This document shows, one piece after another, positions 1 to 9,786 of a stretch of 64,000 bases of DNA. Source of the DNA: an uncultured Candidatus Saccharibacteria bacterium. GTDB taxonomy: Bacteria; Patescibacteriota; Minisyncoccia; UBA6257. Each line of letters opens with the position of its first letter. Position 1 is the stretch's first letter. The DNA lies in contig CAYZJA010000002.1 of assembly GCA_964479005.1 (NCBI GenBank), forward strand, positions 128,001 through 192,000, in the 5' to 3' direction. A program made the position numbers and the translations under genes. The notes below the pieces were generated by a model that saw only the letters and a program-made list of their open reading frames with translations, did not search any database and was not told the DNA's origin.

Positions 1-717
1 CATTACTCAACTTTAGCTTTTGTTTTAAGGCAAGAACCAATTAAGGAGCATGATCGCCGCTATATCTTTTTTACCCAAGAATTTGGAAAATTAAGTTTAT
101 TAGCTCCAGGGGCAAGAAAAATTAATGCTAAACTTGCAGGACATTTGGAAACACCAACATTAGCGCAGATTCAATTTGCAATGTCGCATAATCCGCGCTT
201 GATTACCGCATTGGAAGAAATTCCTTATTTGGGGATAAAGAAAAAAAAGAAAGCCCTTACCATAGCTTTTTGGATTGCAGATTTAGTTAACGGGTTAGTT
301 ATAGAGAAACAATCTGATGCTGATATTTGGAAACTACTTCTTGATACCTTTTATTTTTTGGAAAAGAATTTAAATAAATTTCCTGAGATAGCTGATTTTA
401 CGTGGATATATTTTAATGCTCAATTTTTGAAAATTCTTGGTTTTTCACCATTCTTAGATGGATGTATTGAATGTGGCAGTAAAATTAATAATAAATTTTT
501 TAGTTTTGAGAGAAAAGGAATTATTTGCCAGTTGCACCATGACAAAAATGACTGGCCTATTAGCAGCCAACAAAGAAAATTTTTAAATTTTTTATTTAAT
601 TCCACTTTTCGGGATTTCTTACGAGTCATTCTTGTTAGAGAGATTCTCAAAGAAAAGGAATATCTTCAGAAGTTTCTTGATAAATTTACTTTAATAATAA
701 AATCAGATATAATGTAG
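1..717 (+). CDS. recO: DNA repair protein RecO (5'-partial; starts upstream of the window)
   Basis: Frame 1 from position 1 translates HYSTLAFVLRQEPIKEHDRRYIFFTQEFGKLSLLAPG..., the RecO N-terminal OB-fold region. A C-terminal CxxC zinc-finger-like motif (CIECGSK) follows. The listed ORF at 145..717 is the in-frame continuation. Confidence 0.75.
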   Translation, partial: HYSTLAFVLRQEPIKEHDRRYIFFTQEFGKLSLLAPGARKINAKLAGHLETPTLAQIQFAMSHNPRLITALEEIPYLGIKKKKKALTIAFWIADLVNGLVIEKQSDADIWKLLLDTFYFLEKNLNKFPEIADFTWIYFNAQFLKILGFSPFLDGCIECGSKINNKFFSFERKGIICQLHHDKNDWPISSQQRKFLNFLFNSTFRDFLRVILVREILKEKEYLQKFLDKFTLIIKSDIM

Positions 718-795
718 TAACATTGCTAAGGTAATATAGTAATATTGTTGCTGTAATGTAGTAACATTGCTAACGTAATACAGTAGTATTGTCGA
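712..795. repeat. 2 x ~45-bp tandem direct repeat (ATGTAGTAACATTGCTAA[G/C]GTAATA[T/C]AGTA[A/G]TATTGT) overlapping the recO stop
   Basis: Read directly from the sequence. Two near-identical units lie just upstream of the AT-rich promoter region of the next gene. Confidence 0.7.
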
Positions 796-835
796 TATAA
801 TATAAAGTAATTATTATAAATTAGAAACAAATATT

Positions 836-2575
836 ATGAAAATCAAAGATTTTTTAAAAACTTTTTGGGGTGGAGCATTGGTCACAATCCTTATCTTAGC
901 TGCAGGTTATTTTGTTTGGAGTTTTGTAAAAAGCGGAGGAATAACTTTTGCTTTTTTAGGGCCAGACGAAGCAAAGTCAGGCGAGATAAAAGAATTTCAT
1001 TTTGTTTTAAATAATAATTCCAGAGTAAGCCTTCAGGAAGTAGAAGCGGAAATTAATCTTCCAGAAGGAGTGATAGCTGTTGATAATCCAGACCAGAAAA
1101 CTATCTTATATAGTTTAGGCGAAATGCCTCCTCGCGGCTCAGAAGATAAAATAATAAAATTATTAATTACTGGTGAGCCTAAGACAGTTAAAAATATTGA
1201 GGCTATACTTCGCTATCGCCCTAAAACGCTCAGTTCTGTTTTCGAAAAAAAAGAAATAAAAACTGTTTTAATCTCTGGCTCTTCTTTCCAACTGGAATTA
1301 GTAACCCTTAATCAAGTTTTTTCTGAACAGATTTTTCCATTAGAAATAAATTGGGAAAATCTTTCCAGTTATACATTTGATAATGTTGAAATTAGGGCAG
1401 AATGGCCATCAGGATTTGTCTTCCAAGAATCTAATCCTGAGATTTCTTCTGAAAGCTCAGAATATAATAGGTGGACATTAGGAGAATTGAGTCCAGCCAG
1501 TCATGGAAAAATAATAGTGAAAGGATTTACTACTGGTCAGCCAGGCGAGACAAAAAGAACGATTTTGCACTTAGGCATGATTAAGGATAATGTTTTTCTT
1601 CCTTTGGCTAAAACCGAAGGCTATACGACTTTAATAAGAAATCCTTTATTAATTTCATCTTTAGTTAACAGTGAAATAATTCATAATGCCGATTTGGGTG
1701 AAACATTAAATTTTGTTATTGATTATCAGAATAATTATTCTGCCACTTTAAGAAACTTGGTGGTAAAAGTAGTTTTTAGCGGAGATGTTTTTGATTTTTC
1801 TACTCTAAGAGCGCCTAATGGTGCGTTTTCCTCACGCTTGAAAACCTTAACTTGGGAAGGAACAAAAGTACCCCAGCTTTACGCGCTTAATCCTGGCGAG
1901 CGTGGAAATCTTCCATTTTCCATAAAGCTTAAAAAGGATTGGCCGATGAGAAGCCAAGCTCAAAAAAATATAGTTTTGGAAACGCATATTACTATTGAGA
2001 GCTCTAATATTCCAGAGCAGTTAGAAGTTTCTGAGTTACCGCGCGCAGCTGCTTTAAATACGATTAAACTTAATTCAGATAGTAAAGTGGTAATTGGCAG
2101 TTATTTTCGAGATGCTTCTTCAGGAATTGCTAACACAGGAACCCTTCCCTTAAAAGCAGATGAATCAACTGATTTTACTATTCATTGGAAAATTATTAAT
2201 AATTTCAACGCTCTAAAAAATATAACCATAAGAACTACATTGCCTCTTTGGGTGGAATTTACTGGCCAAATTGCAGGGGATTATGGGCAAAATCCGCCAT
2301 ATTATGATTCTGCAATAAGGGAAGTTTCGTGGGCTATTCCTTCTGTTCCTGCCGGCTCAGGAGTTTTAACCAAAGCATCAGAAGCTATCTTTCAGATTAA
2401 AGTTACTCCTTCATCGTCCCAAGTAAATCAGGAGATTGACTTACTTGCTAATACAATTTTTACAGCCACAGATGCGTTCACAGGAAAAAATATTTCATTT
2501 AGTTATCCTGTTGTTAAATCTACGCAATTAACTGATAAGACTGTTTTTGCTGGAGATGGAATAGTAAGACCCTAG
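836..2575 (+). CDS. Hypothetical large membrane-anchored or secreted beta-rich protein (N-terminal TM helix)
   Basis: Long ORF with a hydrophobic N-terminus (GGALVTILILAAGYFVW). No recognisable catalytic motif. Confidence 0.5.
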   Translation: MKIKDFLKTFWGGALVTILILAAGYFVWSFVKSGGITFAFLGPDEAKSGEIKEFHFVLNNNSRVSLQEVEAEINLPEGVIAVDNPDQKTILYSLGEMPPRGSEDKIIKLLITGEPKTVKNIEAILRYRPKTLSSVFEKKEIKTVLISGSSFQLELVTLNQVFSEQIFPLEINWENLSSYTFDNVEIRAEWPSGFVFQESNPEISSESSEYNRWTLGELSPASHGKIIVKGFTTGQPGETKRTILHLGMIKDNVFLPLAKTEGYTTLIRNPLLISSLVNSEIIHNADLGETLNFVIDYQNNYSATLRNLVVKVVFSGDVFDFSTLRAPNGAFSSRLKTLTWEGTKVPQLYALNPGERGNLPFSIKLKKDWPMRSQAQKNIVLETHITIESSNIPEQLEVSELPRAAALNTIKLNSDSKVVIGSYFRDASSGIANTGTLPLKADESTDFTIHWKIINNFNALKNITIRTTLPLWVEFTGQIAGDYGQNPPYYDSAIREVSWAIPSVPAGSGVLTKASEAIFQIKVTPSSSQVNQEIDLLANTIFTATDAFTGKNISFSYPVVKSTQLTDKTVFAGDGIVRP

Positions 2576-2595
2576 TAAATAATTTTTAATTTGTT

Positions 2596-3963
2596 ATGGC
2601 AAATGATTTAATGGAAAAAATTATATCTTTGTGTAAAAGGCGTGGTTTTGTTTATCCCTCTTCTGAGATTTATGGAGGGTTTGCTAATATCTATGATTTT
2701 GGACCATTAGGTTCGCTTTTAGCTAAAAATATTCGGGATGTCTGGATTAAAAAGATGGTTCAAGAGCGAAACGATATGTATTTAATTGATGGCTCGATTT
2801 TAATGCATCCAAAGGCATGGGAAGCCAGTGGGCATACTGCTGCCTTTACCGATCCTTTAATACAATGCCCATCGTGTAAAAAAAGATTTCGAGCAGATAC
2901 ATTAGAAGGCTGGAAACTAGAAAAAGATAATCAAACAGGAAAATGGAATGTTTTGAATCAAGGGAGTTTAATTTGCCCAGATTGTAATGGGGATTTAATT
3001 CCAGATGTTAAAGAATTCAATCTTTTAATGACAACAAGCGTAGGTTCAATTGAAGGGGAAAAGACGGAAGTATATCTTAAGGGTGAATCGTGCCAGAATA
3101 TTTATCTTGATTTTTTGCCAATAAGGGATACGATGGGAGCAAAAATTCCATTTGGTGTTGCGCAAGTTGGTAAAGCTTTTCGTAATGAAATTACATTAGG
3201 TAAATTTCTCTTTAAGGTGAGAGAATTTGAGCAAATGGATATTGAATATTTTTGTTCGCCAGAAGAAGCTAAAAGATTATATGAGGAATGGAAAGATATT
3301 AGATTTAACTGGTATGTTGATACAATTGGCTTAAGTAAAAATAGGCTTCGTTGGAGGCAGCATTTTTCTGAAGAAAGAATTTTTTATGCCAGAGATGCAT
3401 GGGATATTGAGTACAAATTCTTTGATGAGTTTGAGGAATTAGAAGGAATTCATGATCGTTCTGATTATGATTTAAAACAACAAGGAAAGTTTTCTGGAAA
3501 AGCGCTTGATTATTTTGATCCAATAAGCAAAACAAGATTTACTCCAAACATTATTGAATGTTCTGGTGGCCTTCAAAGGACTTTTTTGGCTATTTTAGCA
3601 GAGAGCTATCAAGAAGAGAAAGTAAAAGATGAAAAAAGAGTGTTTTTGAAAATTAAACCGAGCCTTTCTCCATATAAGGTGGCTGTTTTTCCTTTAGTTG
3701 CAAATAAAGATAATTTAACTGAGAAAGCTAAAGATGTCTTTAATCTTTTAAAACCTGAATTTATGACAATGTGGGATAGCATTGGTAATATAGGAAAGAG
3801 ATATCGACGTCAGGATGAGATCGGAACACCTTGGTGTATAACAGTGGATTACCCAACATTAGAAGATAATACTGTTACAATTCGTGATAGGGACACAATG
3901 AAACAACAAAGAATTAAAATCGAAGAAATTATTGGATGGATAAAAGAACAATTAAATGTATAA
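2596..3963 (+). CDS. glyQS: Glycine--tRNA ligase (class II, GlyQS type)
   Basis: The N-terminus RRGFVYPSSEIYGGFANIYDFGPLG... and overall length are characteristic of dimeric GlyRS. Confidence 0.9.
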   Translation: MANDLMEKIISLCKRRGFVYPSSEIYGGFANIYDFGPLGSLLAKNIRDVWIKKMVQERNDMYLIDGSILMHPKAWEASGHTAAFTDPLIQCPSCKKRFRADTLEGWKLEKDNQTGKWNVLNQGSLICPDCNGDLIPDVKEFNLLMTTSVGSIEGEKTEVYLKGESCQNIYLDFLPIRDTMGAKIPFGVAQVGKAFRNEITLGKFLFKVREFEQMDIEYFCSPEEAKRLYEEWKDIRFNWYVDTIGLSKNRLRWRQHFSEERIFYARDAWDIEYKFFDEFEELEGIHDRSDYDLKQQGKFSGKALDYFDPISKTRFTPNIIECSGGLQRTFLAILAESYQEEKVKDEKRVFLKIKPSLSPYKVAVFPLVANKDNLTEKAKDVFNLLKPEFMTMWDSIGNIGKRYRRQDEIGTPWCITVDYPTLEDNTVTIRDRDTMKQQRIKIEEIIGWIKEQLNV

Positions 3964-5227
3964 ATTTAAACTTACAAAGCTAAATAACGGCTTAAGGATT
4001 CTTACTGTTCCTTCAAAAGAATCCTTTTCTTTTAAAGTGGCAGTTTTAGTTAATACTGGCGCTGATTTTGAAACTAAAAAAAACAATGGAATTTCTCATT
4101 TTTTAGAACACTTATGCTTTAAAGGGACTAAGAAACGTCCTTCTAATTTTGCAATTACCCAGGAATTAGATAACATTGGTGGATCTTATAGCGCTTTTAC
4201 AAGTGAAGAGTGTATGGGTTATTATGCTTTGGTATCTCAACAAAAAAAGGATTTGGCTTTAGATATTGTTTCTGATATTTATTTAAATTCCCAATTTCCA
4301 CAAAGAGAAATAAAAAAAGAAAAAGGGGTGATTATTGAAGAAGTTAATACGTACAAAGATAATCCTCAAAGTTATATTTGGGATCTTTGGGAAAGATTGT
4401 TATATGGCCATCAGGCAGTTGGGCGTTCTATCTTAGGAACAAAAACAAATATTAAAAACTTTAAAAGGGATGATTTGTTGAAATATTATGAATCTCAGTA
4501 TAAAGCAAAGTCTACTTTAGTAGTAGTAAGTGGAAACTTTAATGAGAAGGAGATTATTAGTAAAGTAAAAGATTGTTTTCGTGATATTAGATTGGGTAAA
4601 GGCAAGACTAAAGAATTAGTAAAAGAAAAACAAAATAAACCGCAAGTATTTATAAAAAACAAAAAAACAGATCAGACTCATTTAATTTTAGGATTTAGAG
4701 GCATAAATCTATTTGACAAAAGACGATATGCTTTGAACGTATTAAATGCTATTTTTGATGGAGGTATGTCCAGCATTCTTTTTCAGACTATTAGAGAAAA
4801 ATTAGGCGTAGCTTATGATATCAATAGCAACCTTTCTTATTCTACTGATCATGGTTTTTGGGCAGTGGCAACAGGCATAGACAATAACCGCCTAGAAGAA
4901 GTGATTATTTCTGTTTTAGAAGAATGGAAGAAGTTTAAAAGAAAACCGGTTGAGATTAAAGATATTAAAAAAGCTAAAAGCTATATTACTGGTAAACTTG
5001 CATTAGGCCTAGAAAATGTTCATAATGTAGCTAGTAGTTTTGCTCTTCTAGAATTATTAAAGCAAAAAATAGAAACGCCAGATCAATATTTAAAAAAGAT
5101 TAGACAAGTTACTGCGCGCGATATTCAGAAAGTGGCAGAAGATTTATTACAACCTCAGTCTCTAAATTTAACTTTAATTGGTCCTCACAAAAATAAACAG
5201 AAATTACAAAAATTGCTTCATGTTTAA
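3956..5227 (+). CDS. M16 family zinc peptidase (pitrilysin/insulinase-like)
   Basis: Inverted zinc-binding motif HFLEHLCFKGT (HxxEH) near the N-terminus. The start overlaps the glyQS stop. Confidence 0.8.
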   Translation: MYKFKLTKLNNGLRILTVPSKESFSFKVAVLVNTGADFETKKNNGISHFLEHLCFKGTKKRPSNFAITQELDNIGGSYSAFTSEECMGYYALVSQQKKDLALDIVSDIYLNSQFPQREIKKEKGVIIEEVNTYKDNPQSYIWDLWERLLYGHQAVGRSILGTKTNIKNFKRDDLLKYYESQYKAKSTLVVVSGNFNEKEIISKVKDCFRDIRLGKGKTKELVKEKQNKPQVFIKNKKTDQTHLILGFRGINLFDKRRYALNVLNAIFDGGMSSILFQTIREKLGVAYDINSNLSYSTDHGFWAVATGIDNNRLEEVIISVLEEWKKFKRKPVEIKDIKKAKSYITGKLALGLENVHNVASSFALLELLKQKIETPDQYLKKIRQVTARDIQKVAEDLLQPQSLNLTLIGPHKNKQKLQKLLHV

Positions 5228-6269
5228 AACAGCTCAAAATATAGATATTTCCTGGCAGAGCATTTTACGGCTTTATGTTATTTTATTGGTTTTTATCGCA
5301 GCTTGGTACTTTAGGCAGGCTATTTTTATTATTTTACTTGGTTTTATTGTAGCTTCGCTTTTGGATAGGCCAATAGATTATTTTGAAGAGAAGTGGAAAA
5401 ATCGTTGGCTGGCAACTTTTATCATTTATTTTATCTTTTTAAGTGTATTAGGATTGATTGCTTATTTATTTATTCCAGTTTTTAATAATTATATAGTTGG
5501 GTTTTTAGATTTTTTCCCATCATGGATGAATAAAGGAGCCTTTCTTCAACTATGGCAAGGATGGCAATCTGTAGAATTTCCAATGCAAAATTGGCTAAGT
5601 TTGTTAGGTATTTCCCAGGGACAATTATCAGAATTTTTGCTTCAGTCTGGTAATTTGCTCACCAAGATTTTGGGAGGAGCTTTTTCTGCTTTTTTTGTTC
5701 TTCTTTTGTCTTTTTTTATTAATACAGAAAAAAAAGGAATAGAAAAAGCAATTCGTTTGATTTTTCCAAGCGCTTATGAAGATTACGCGGTTTATCTTTG
5801 GGGAAAAACACGCCGTAAAGTTGGAAGTTGGTTTTTTAGCCAATTAATTCTTAGTTGTATAGTTGGGAGCTTGGTTTTTATTAGCCTAAAAATGTTAGGA
5901 GTTCCTCAAGCTGAATTTTTAGCAATATTAGCTGCTCTATTTGATTTTATTCCATATGTAGGCCCTTTAATTATTGGTTTTGTAGCATTCTTAGTTGGAA
6001 TAAGTCAAAGTTTATTCCTGGGAATTTCAATACTAATTATTTTTATTATCATTCAGGCCATTGAAGGTTTTATCGGCCCATTATTGCGGGCTAAAACAAT
6101 GAAATTAAATCCATTGGTAATTATTTTAGCTGTTTTAATTGGTGGAAAATTAGCTGGAGTTGCCGGGATTATTATTGCTTTACCATTAGCAGCAGCCGCA
6201 ATTGGGTTGATTAGGGATATCCAAACAGGTCGCATCACTGCTTATTTACCACAGAAACAGCTTTTATAA
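5220..6269 (+). CDS. AI-2E family transporter (PerM/UPF0118 membrane protein)
   Basis: Multi-TM protein with typical AI-2E topology. Start moved to the ATG at 5220 (ATGTTTAA overlap with the upstream stop). The 5178 ATG lies inside the upstream gene. Confidence 0.7.
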   Translation: MFKTAQNIDISWQSILRLYVILLVFIAAWYFRQAIFIILLGFIVASLLDRPIDYFEEKWKNRWLATFIIYFIFLSVLGLIAYLFIPVFNNYIVGFLDFFPSWMNKGAFLQLWQGWQSVEFPMQNWLSLLGISQGQLSEFLLQSGNLLTKILGGAFSAFFVLLLSFFINTEKKGIEKAIRLIFPSAYEDYAVYLWGKTRRKVGSWFFSQLILSCIVGSLVFISLKMLGVPQAEFLAILAALFDFIPYVGPLIIGFVAFLVGISQSLFLGISILIIFIIIQAIEGFIGPLLRAKTMKLNPLVIILAVLIGGKLAGVAGIIIALPLAAAAIGLIRDIQTGRITAYLPQKQLL

Positions 6270-6286
6270 AATAGCCCCATCTGAAT

Positions 6287-7279
6287 ATGGTGAACATTTT
6301 AATTTCCAAAATTGATTTAAAAAATCTATATTTAGATAAAAAATTAACTACTTATGATATAGCTAAATTTTATAATTGTTCTCAGGGAACAATATGGAAA
6401 AGATTAAAAAGATTTAATATAAAAACGAGATTTTCTTGGAATGAGGTCAACCTTTCTAAGAAAAAACTGAGGGATTTATATACTAAAGATAAATTATCTA
6501 CTTGGCAGATAGAAAAGATTTTGAAAATACCTAGGAGTACAATTTATAGAAAACTTATAGATTATAATATTCCTGTAAGAAATCTGGCGCAGTCTCATAT
6601 TATTTATCCACGAAAGAATTTTAATGGAAACAAAACAGAAAAGGCTTATCTTATGGGTTTTGCAATTGGGGATTTAAGAGTAAGAAAAATATATAAAAAT
6701 AGTGAAACAATTCACATTGATTGTGGCTCTACTAAGAAAGAACAGATAAAACTTATATCAGATTTATTTAAACCTTATGGAAGGGTTTGGATTAGTAAAC
6801 CCAATAGGATAAAAGCTGTTCAAATAGAGTGTTCTGTCAATAATTCTTTCGGTTTTTTGCTAGAAAAGAAGAAATTTTTAGATAACTGGATTTTAGCTAA
6901 CAAAAGATATTTCTTTTCTTTCTTAGCAGGTTTTACTGATGCTGAAGGATGTATTTCAGTAACGTCAAAAGGACAAGCTTTCTATTCTTTAGGAAATTAT
7001 AATGATACACTCTTAAAACAAATAAGGGATAGACTCATTCGATGGGGAATAGAGGTGCCGAAACTTACTAGAAGCCGGACACATTTAGGGTATATTACTA
7101 AAGAGGGCTATACGATTAATCATATTTATTGGATACTGCACATTAATAGAAAACAATTCCTTCTGTTATTATTTGATTTAATGGGCCCGCATCTTAAGCA
7201 TTTTGCAAAAATTCAGGGGTTATTAAAGGCTCAAAAAAATATAGAAGAAAGAAATAAAAAAATTTTTAATTTAAAATGA
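6287..7279 (+). CDS. Free-standing LAGLIDADG-family (double-motif) endonuclease-like protein with two N-terminal HTH repeats
   Basis: Two LAGLIDADG-like motifs (LMGFAIGDLRV and FLAGFTDAEGCIS). They are preceded by two ~35-aa HTH-like repeats (TTYDIAKFYNCSQGTIWKRLKRFNI and STWQIEKILKIPRSTIYRKLIDYNI). Confidence 0.65.
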   Translation: MVNILISKIDLKNLYLDKKLTTYDIAKFYNCSQGTIWKRLKRFNIKTRFSWNEVNLSKKKLRDLYTKDKLSTWQIEKILKIPRSTIYRKLIDYNIPVRNLAQSHIIYPRKNFNGNKTEKAYLMGFAIGDLRVRKIYKNSETIHIDCGSTKKEQIKLISDLFKPYGRVWISKPNRIKAVQIECSVNNSFGFLLEKKKFLDNWILANKRYFFSFLAGFTDAEGCISVTSKGQAFYSLGNYNDTLLKQIRDRLIRWGIEVPKLTRSRTHLGYITKEGYTINHIYWILHINRKQFLLLLFDLMGPHLKHFAKIQGLLKAQKNIEERNKKIFNLK

Positions 7280-7316
7280 AACATAAATAAATATAATTTT
7301 CAAAAATAAACTTTTT

Positions 7317-8801
7317 ATGTCTAAACATTGCATTTATATTTCTACTGCTATTGATTATCCTTCTAACAAGCCTCATCTTGGGCATGCTTTAGAAAAAATT
7401 CAAGCCGATGCTTTAGCGCGTTATTTTAGGTTCCAGGAGAAAGAAGTGTATTTTAGTACTGGGACTGATGAACACGGGCTTAAAATTCAAAAATGTGCAG
7501 AGAAAGCAGAAAAAACGCCTCAACAATTTGTTGATGAAATGGTTAGTTATTTTAAGAATCTTGATAAGGTTTTAGATATTTCTTACGATGATTTTATTAG
7601 AACGTCTGAGTCACGGCATATAAAAGTAGTAGAAGAGATAATTAAGAAAATCTATCAAAAAGGCGATATCTACAAAGGCAGATACAAAGGTTTGTATTGT
7701 ATGGAATGCGAAACTTATTATTTGCCAAAAGACATTCCAGAAGGGAAATGCCCTGTTCATCATTTGATGTTAGAGCAGGTTGAAGAAGAAACATATTTTT
7801 TCAAAATGGGCAAATATAAGGAGGAAATATTTAAACATATTCAAGAGAAATCTAATTTTATTATGCCTGAAAACAGAAAGAAGGAAATTCTGAATCGCCT
7901 TTCTGAACCTATTCAGGATTTAAGTATTTCTCGTAAAAATGTTAAATGGGGTATTCCTTTACCTTGGGACAAAGAGTTCACTTTGTTCGTTTGGGTAGAC
8001 GCTTTGATTAATTATTTATCTACTCTAGATTATTCGAAAGAAAGGTTTAAAAAATTTTGGTCGGATCAAAACGAAGTCTACCATATAATCGGGAAAGATA
8101 TTATTTGGCATCATAGTGTTATTTGGAGCAGTTTATTGCTTTCAGCTGGCTTACCTCTGCCTAAAACTATTTTTGTTCATGGTTTCATTACTGTTGAAGG
8201 AGAAAAAATGTCAAAATCATTGGGAAATATTATTAATCCTGTAGAGTTAGTTGAAAAATATGGCGCTGATGTAGTGCGTTATTTCCTTCTTCGAGAGTTT
8301 TCTCCTTTTGAAGATGGTGATTTTTCTGAACAAAGATTAAAGGAGCGTTATAATTCTGATTTGGCACAAGGCTTAGGTAATTTAGTTTCACGCGTCTTGG
8401 CTTTAGGAGAGCAATATGGGAAACAGATAATGGTTCAATGTTTGGATTCCGATTTGATTACTAAGTCTTGGAGCGATTATAAAAAGCAGATGGAAGCGTT
8501 TCGTTTTAATGATGCTTTAGCAACTACTTGGAATTTAATTTCTTATTGCGATAAATATATCAGTGATACGAAACCGTGGGAAAAAATTAGTGATGAAAAA
8601 GAATTTCAGAAAATCTTAGGCGCATTAGTATATATATTAGGTAATATTTCTTTAATGCTTTCTCCGGCAATGCCTAAAACATCTGAAAAGATACTCGAAT
8701 TTCTTAAATTACAAGGTAGATCAAAACAAGATTGGTTGTCACAAAAGGTTTTACTTGAAAAACAACCACCTTTGTTCCCAAAAAAGGAATCACGAAGTTA
8801 A
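7317..8801 (+). CDS. metG: Methionine--tRNA ligase (short form)
   Basis: Class I HIGH-type motif (PHLGHALE) and KMSKS motif (KMSKSLGN). At 494 aa it lacks the C-terminal tRNA-binding extension. Confidence 0.9.
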   Translation: MSKHCIYISTAIDYPSNKPHLGHALEKIQADALARYFRFQEKEVYFSTGTDEHGLKIQKCAEKAEKTPQQFVDEMVSYFKNLDKVLDISYDDFIRTSESRHIKVVEEIIKKIYQKGDIYKGRYKGLYCMECETYYLPKDIPEGKCPVHHLMLEQVEEETYFFKMGKYKEEIFKHIQEKSNFIMPENRKKEILNRLSEPIQDLSISRKNVKWGIPLPWDKEFTLFVWVDALINYLSTLDYSKERFKKFWSDQNEVYHIIGKDIIWHHSVIWSSLLLSAGLPLPKTIFVHGFITVEGEKMSKSLGNIINPVELVEKYGADVVRYFLLREFSPFEDGDFSEQRLKERYNSDLAQGLGNLVSRVLALGEQYGKQIMVQCLDSDLITKSWSDYKKQMEAFRFNDALATTWNLISYCDKYISDTKPWEKISDEKEFQKILGALVYILGNISLMLSPAMPKTSEKILEFLKLQGRSKQDWLSQKVLLEKQPPLFPKKESRS

Positions 8802-8803
8802 TT

Positions 8804-9655
8804 ATGTTTTTTGACTCTCATACACATTTAAATTTAGTTGCTTTTGACAAAGATAGAGAAGAAATAATAAGAAAAACCCTGGAACAGGGTATTTTTGTAA
8901 TTAATATAGGAACTTGCTATGAAACTTCTAAAAAAGCAATAGAAATTGCTCAACAATATGAAAATTGTTGGGCTACAGTAGGGTTACATCCTAGCCATAC
9001 AATACCAATGAAAATTGATAAAAGTGAATTAAAGATAAGTAGCAAGGAGGATGTATCAGAAGCAGAAGTTTTTAATGAAAAATTTGAATCACTTTTAAAA
9101 GAAGCCTTCAACTTTGCTCAGGGCAGGCCCAAAGTAGTAGCTATTGGTGAGTGCGGATTGGATTATAGTTATTTGAAAGATTTTTCTGGAAAGGATCAAA
9201 TAAAGTATGCAAAGATGGAAGAGGAAGAGTTTAGAAAACAAATTCAAGCTGCCAAAAAATATAATTTACCTTTGTCTCTACATATACGTGATTTATATGA
9301 AAAAGCCTTAATAATTTTGGAAGAAGAAAGATATAAGGGCGAGGCAGTATTCCATTTCTTTACTGGTAAAGTGAATCAGGCGCAAAAGATTTTAAAAAAA
9401 GGATTTTATTTAGGTTTTTCAGGTATCATTACATATTCAGAAATAATGAATGATGTTATTAAAAACGCACCGCTTGAGAAGATATTAATTGAAACAGACG
9501 CTCCTTACGTAGCACCAGTTCCTTATAGAAGCAATAGAAACGAGCCAATCTATGTAAAGGAAGTAGCTAAAAAAATTGCCCAGATAAAAAAACTTCCTCT
9601 AAAAAAGATAGAGGAAGCTACATTTAAAAACACTTTGCGACTTTTTGGAATATAA
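8804..9655 (+). CDS. tatD: TatD family metal-dependent hydrolase/DNase
   Basis: N-terminal FDSHTHL motif with ...GECGLDY and ...ETDAPY signature regions. Confidence 0.85.
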   Translation: MFFDSHTHLNLVAFDKDREEIIRKTLEQGIFVINIGTCYETSKKAIEIAQQYENCWATVGLHPSHTIPMKIDKSELKISSKEDVSEAEVFNEKFESLLKEAFNFAQGRPKVVAIGECGLDYSYLKDFSGKDQIKYAKMEEEEFRKQIQAAKKYNLPLSLHIRDLYEKALIILEEERYKGEAVFHFFTGKVNQAQKILKKGFYLGFSGIITYSEIMNDVIKNAPLEKILIETDAPYVAPVPYRSNRNEPIYVKEVAKKIAQIKKLPLKKIEEATFKNTLRLFGI

Positions 9656-9702
9656 TTTCAAAGGCCCGGAAATATTATTTCATTGTTTAACAATTAGCAA
9701 AT

Positions 9703-9781
9703 AGTAAGGCGAGAAGAGGTTGTTGAAAAAAACTATAGCGATTAGCGTGTTTTTGAAATAACCTCTTCTCGCCTTCTTACT
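9703..9781. terminator. Long inverted repeat between convergent tatD and rnj (candidate bidirectional terminator)
   Basis: Arm AGTAAGGCGAGAAGAGGTT at 9703-9721 is near-perfectly complementary to AACCTCTTCTCGCCTTCTTACT at 9760-9781. No clean T-run follows. Confidence 0.45.
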
Positions 9782-9786
9782 ATCAT

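Noticed and set aside
712-795. CRISPR array? (tandem repeats here and at 18186..18283)
   Set aside because: Each has only two contiguous units with no spacers, and no cas genes are nearby. They are simple tandem duplications in intergenic or terminator regions.
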